DNA of 40,551 nt from the sequence record DRR378314_1077; one strand, given 5' to 3'. This document shows positions 36,975 through 40,551 of the stretch, piece by piece. Below the pieces are notes generated by a model. It was given only the letters and a program-made list of their open reading frames with translations. It made no database searches and was not told where the DNA came from. A program made the position numbers and the translations under genes. Positions within the stretch are counted from its first letter, which is position 1; the number at the start of each line of letters is the position of its first letter.

Positions 36975-38049
36975 CCGTTGCCTCCTCGGACATGAAGGTC
37001 AGAACCGTTGATGAACTGGACAGACTATCCAGCGACCCTGCTTCGCACAGCGCTTTAAGACCCGCAATACCTGCAATCCCGGAGGGGGTTGAAGCTAAAC
37101 CCTGATTGCTAAGCCATTGGCAAGTGTCCTCAGCCATTTGATCATCAATCGTCATGAAGTAATCGGCTTCTTCAGATAAATAGCGAAGTGCAAGATGTGA
37201 TGGCTCTTTGCAATCAAGACGGCCCATATTGGAGACGCTGCCCTTGGCTTCGACGGGCTTACCTGCCTCTATGCTGTCAATGAGGCAGGGAGCCCTGGAC
37301 GGTTCAACGACAATAATCTCTGGCGTGTCCTGCCAGAGATATCGGCACATGGCGGCTGCGGCACTGGCCAGTCCGCCAACGCCAGCTTGCAGAAAAACAT
37401 GGCTTGGGGGCCTAGTTAGCTGAGATTCCAGTTCAGCTCCCATAATCAGGTAGCCTTCCATGACATCTTTTGCCGGTTCGGAGTAGCCCGGCCAACTGCT
37501 GTCTGACAGGAGCTGCCAATTATTGGTAATGGCGGCTTTACGGGCAGCGGACATGCTGGCTTCATAATCAGCCCCTTCGCGCACGACCACAGCATCTTTT
37601 GCTCTCAGTTTTTGCGCGAAACTCTCTGGAACGGTTTCGGCAAGATAAACAACTGCCGTGGCGCCAAAAATACGGGCACCAGCAGCCATGGAAAGTCCGT
37701 GGTTCCCCGCGCTCGCACAGACAAATGTTGTTCCGTTGAGGCTGGTCTCTGTGGAGCAGGCCGGGGAAGTTTCCATTGCGGTCGCTGCTTGTTTTGCAAT
37801 CGCAAAAGCGGCTCCAAGTGCCTTGAAGCTGCCAAGTCCCATCCGACCGCGCTCATCCTTGATATAGAGTTGGGATATGTTGAGCTTGTCAGCGACCTGC
37901 TTTTCTGCCCGCAAGGGGGTGATATTTGCCGCAGGGCACTTGGACATCAAGGCCTGGGCTGGCTTCGGATTGGTGATGATAGTGCCAGGCTCAAATCCAT
38001 CTTGGCTTGGCAAACCCTCTCCCCTATAGGGGTTTGCAATGAGTCGCAT
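36964..38049 (-). CDS. PLP-dependent fold-type II lyase (diaminopropionate ammonia-lyase-like)
   Basis: KDERGRMGLGSFKALG (PLP Lys), SAGNHG, LSDSSW.GY, VMEGY, LQAGVGGLA and MGRLDCKEPS; stop overlaps the M24 gene start. Confidence 0.88.
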   Translation of the reverse strand: MRLIANPYRGEGLPSQDGFEPGTIITNPKPAQALMSKCPAANITPLRAEKQVADKLNISQLYIKDERGRMGLGSFKALGAAFAIAKQAATAMETSPACSTETSLNGTTFVCASAGNHGLSMAAGARIFGATAVVYLAETVPESFAQKLRAKDAVVVREGADYEASMSAARKAAITNNWQLLSDSSWPGYSEPAKDVMEGYLIMGAELESQLTRPPSHVFLQAGVGGLASAAAAMCRYLWQDTPEIIVVEPSRAPCLIDSIEAGKPVEAKGSVSNMGRLDCKEPSHLALRYLSEEADYFMTIDDQMAEDTCQWLSNQGLASTPSGIAGIAGLKALCEAGSLDSLSSSSTVLTFMSEEATDDG

Positions 38050-38525
38050 GATATTCCCTTTAGCGTTTCGTTGAGAATCACACTAGCGACTCGACCCCAC
38101 AAAAGCCAGTCATGGACCCATACATTTCTGCTTTAACTGCCTTTTATGCCATTTCTCTTGTGGAATAACTTTGGAGTTGCGTGTAAATTAGTGTTATTTA
38201 ATGTTTCGGTGTGCGTTAGTCGTGGTTAGTAAAAACTGATCATATTTAAATTAAGTTGAAAAATAGAAAGAAATTTAATCATAGGTAAATCTAAATAAGT
38301 TGAGTAATACTTGTTTTAACTATAGACATTAAGGTTAGATGTATAAATTTGGATAATATGACTTTGAGTATTTGTTGATTTTTTTGATTATTCAGTGTTT
38401 TAAGCAATGAGCGCAAAAAAATATTTTAACCTGTTGTGTTATTAAAAAAATCTTGCTGTAATCGTGCATCGGTTAGGGAGCCAACGGACTAATAACTAGT
38501 AACTGAAGAGTATGGGGGACCAAAC

Positions 38526-39626
38526 TTGACTATGACAGGGGACGAGCAGGCGTTTGTGGAATTCGAACGCGTGCAAAAGAGCTATGATGGCGAGACCTTG
38601 GTCGTCAAAGATCTAAATTTGGCAATGCCGAAAGGCGAATTTCTGACAATGCTGGGCCCGTCAGGGTCCGGAAAGACAACTTGTCTTATGATGTTGGCGG
38701 GATTTGAAACGGCCACCCACGGTGAAATCCGACTTGATGGTCAAGAGATCAACAATATTCCTCCTCATAAGCGCGGCATTGGTATGGTGTTCCAGAACTA
38801 TGCTTTGTTCCCGCATATGACAGTCAATGAAAATTTGGCATTTCCGCTCGAGATCCGGAAAATGAACAAACCAGAGCGTGAGCAAAAAGTGAAGCGCGCA
38901 CTGGAAATGGTTCAGATGGGTGAATTTGGAAACCGCCGAATTGCGCAGTTGTCAGGTGGTCAGCAGCAGCGAATAGCTTTGGCGCGTGCACTTGTGTTTG
39001 ATCCTACACTTGTCCTGATGGATGAGCCACTTGGTGCTTTGGACAAGCAGCTTCGTGAGCATATGCAGTTCGAAATCAAGCGTATTGCGGACAATCTGGA
39101 CATTACCGTTGTCTATGTGACCCATGACCAAACCGAAGCCTTGACGATGTCGGACCGGGTTGCGGTTTTTGACGATGGACGTATTCAGCAATTGGCCCCG
39201 CCGGATCAATTGTATGAAGAGCCGGAAAATAGTTTTGTTGCCCAGTTTATTGGTGAAAACAACACCTTGGAAGGTGTTGTCCAGGAAATTAAGGGTGGTC
39301 AGGCTCTGGTTCGCTTGGATAATGGCGAACTTATCGACACGGTTCCCATTAACATCAACAATGTTGGGGACCGGACAAAGGTTTCTATTCGTCCGGAACG
39401 CGTTGAATTTGATCGCGAGCGACTGGGTGAAGATGTCCATACACTTAAAGCTGAAGTGCTGGAGTTTATTTACATGGGAGATATTTTCCGCACCCGTCTT
39501 CGGGTTGCCGGGAATGAGGACTTCATTGTGAAAACGCGAAACGCTGTTAATCAAACACGCTTTCAGCCAGGACAACAGATTGAAATCGGATGGTTGCCAG
39601 AAGATTGTCGGGCGTTGGACGCCTGA
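38526..39626 (+). CDS. Polyamine-type ABC transporter ATP-binding protein (PotA-like)
   Basis: GPSGSGKT, VFQNYALFPHM, LSGGQQQR, LMDEPLGALD, VTHDQ and C-terminal TOBE; TTG start after GGGGA (ATG at 38532 is an alternative). Confidence 0.95.
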   Translation: MTMTGDEQAFVEFERVQKSYDGETLVVKDLNLAMPKGEFLTMLGPSGSGKTTCLMMLAGFETATHGEIRLDGQEINNIPPHKRGIGMVFQNYALFPHMTVNENLAFPLEIRKMNKPEREQKVKRALEMVQMGEFGNRRIAQLSGGQQQRIALARALVFDPTLVLMDEPLGALDKQLREHMQFEIKRIADNLDITVVYVTHDQTEALTMSDRVAVFDDGRIQQLAPPDQLYEEPENSFVAQFIGENNTLEGVVQEIKGGQALVRLDNGELIDTVPININNVGDRTKVSIRPERVEFDRERLGEDVHTLKAEVLEFIYMGDIFRTRLRVAGNEDFIVKTRNAVNQTRFQPGQQIEIGWLPEDCRALDA

Positions 39627-39744
39627 CATCTGGGAAAACCATTTGCTGAGGCGCCTGCTGTGACCGGGACGCCTGAGCGGGGGATAAAGAATTCCCCAAA
39701 CTTGTACTCATTTAACTAGCATGAAAATGTCAGAGGAGAGCGAC

Positions 39745-40551
39745 ATGAATTTTTTAACAAAGCTGTCAATTGCGACTGCCTTTACAGCTGTCTGCGCGAC
39801 GGGTGCATCTGCAGCTGATATGGCAGATGAGATGACCATCGTATCTTGGGGTGGAGCGTATTCCAACTCGCAGATGAAGGCTTACCACGAGCCATATATG
39901 GAAAAAACCGGCATTAAAATCATTAATGACGAAAGTTCCGCTGAAGCCGTTGCTAAATTGCGGGCTATGGATGAAGCCGGAAATGTGACTTGGGATCTGG
40001 TGGACGTAGTGGCATCTGATGCCATTCGCCTTTGTGATGAAGGTTTGGCCGCAGAAATCGACCATGATAAAGTTTTGGCAAAAGCGCCTGATGGAACATC
40101 AGCCAGTGATGATTTCGGTGATCTGCTCGTTTCTGAATGCTTTATCCCACAGATCGTATATTCCACAGCCTTTGGTTATCGTACAGATCTCGTAGGTGAC
40201 AAAAAACCAACTGATATCTGCGCGGTTTTTGACACCAAAACATGGCCAGGTAAGCGGTCACTCGAAAAACGCCCAATCAACAACATGGAATGGGCATTGT
40301 TGTGTGACGGTGTTGCCAAGGATGAAGTCTATGACGTTCTGGCTACACCAGAAGGGCAGGAGCAAGCTCTTGCAAAACTGGGCACAATCAAGGATGACGT
40401 GATCTGGTGGTCAGCTGGCGCCGATACGCCTCAGTTGCTTGCTGATGGTGAGGTTGTCATGGGATCCACCTATAATGGCCGTCTTTTCTCCGTTATTGAA
40501 GAGCAGAAGCAGCCAGTTGCTATGCTGTGGGACGCACAGGTGTTTGACCTT
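39745..40551 (+). CDS. Polyamine-type ABC transporter substrate-binding protein (PotD/PotF-like), truncated by the window end
   Basis: Absent from the ORF track because it has no stop in the window. GAGGAG RBS, then MNFLTKLSIATAFTAVCATGASA-ADMADEMTIVSWGGAYSNSQ..., VTWDLVDV and GSTYNGR; frame open to the end. Confidence 0.92.
   Translation, partial: MNFLTKLSIATAFTAVCATGASAADMADEMTIVSWGGAYSNSQMKAYHEPYMEKTGIKIINDESSAEAVAKLRAMDEAGNVTWDLVDVVASDAIRLCDEGLAAEIDHDKVLAKAPDGTSASDDFGDLLVSECFIPQIVYSTAFGYRTDLVGDKKPTDICAVFDTKTWPGKRSLEKRPINNMEWALLCDGVAKDEVYDVLATPEGQEQALAKLGTIKDDVIWWSAGADTPQLLADGEVVMGSTYNGRLFSVIEEQKQPVAMLWDAQVFDL

Noticed and set aside
38952-39629. 225-aa antisense ORF
   Set aside because: Lies opposite the well-supported PotA-like gene and has no motifs; a shadow ORF.

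Overview
About 40.5 kb of chromosome-like DNA from what looks like a marine alphaproteobacterium (judged from protein families and promoter/RBS style; the taxon cannot be fixed from sequence alone). From left to right: (1) a possible IS3-family right end, then an unusual periplasmic-glucan locus: a small ORF, opgH, an ECF sigma factor, an anti-sigma factor, Tat-exported opgD and a DUF481-type outer-membrane barrel, behind an ECF-type promoter. (2) An HxlR regulator divergent from a tandem DUF1428 gene and a VOC gene, followed by a degenerate tRNA-Met-like 3' end (possible att scar) and a terminator. (3) An amidase/RpiR/M20 deacylase operon divergent from a peptide-type ABC importer and an exported alpha/beta-hydrolase. 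(4) yaiI, a RoxA/YcfD-like JmjC oxygenase head-to-head with an OsmC-YcaO fusion, DUF4197, katG and DUF2061. (5) A methylated-amine/osmolyte catabolic region: creatinase with a highly structured 5' leader, a GcvA-type LysR, Rieske demethylase + reductase + StcD (proline betaine type), a PLP lyase/M24 hydrolase/Asp-Glu racemase operon and the start of a PotA/PotD-type ABC transporter. No rRNA, intact tRNA or CRISPR array was seen. The best leads are the roxA/OsmC-ycaO pair (candidate two-enzyme uL16 modification module with a fused sulfur/redox domain), the ECF-containing glucan locus, and a riboswitch-like twin-hairpin leader before creatinase. All family calls come from motif recognition by eye, not database searches.
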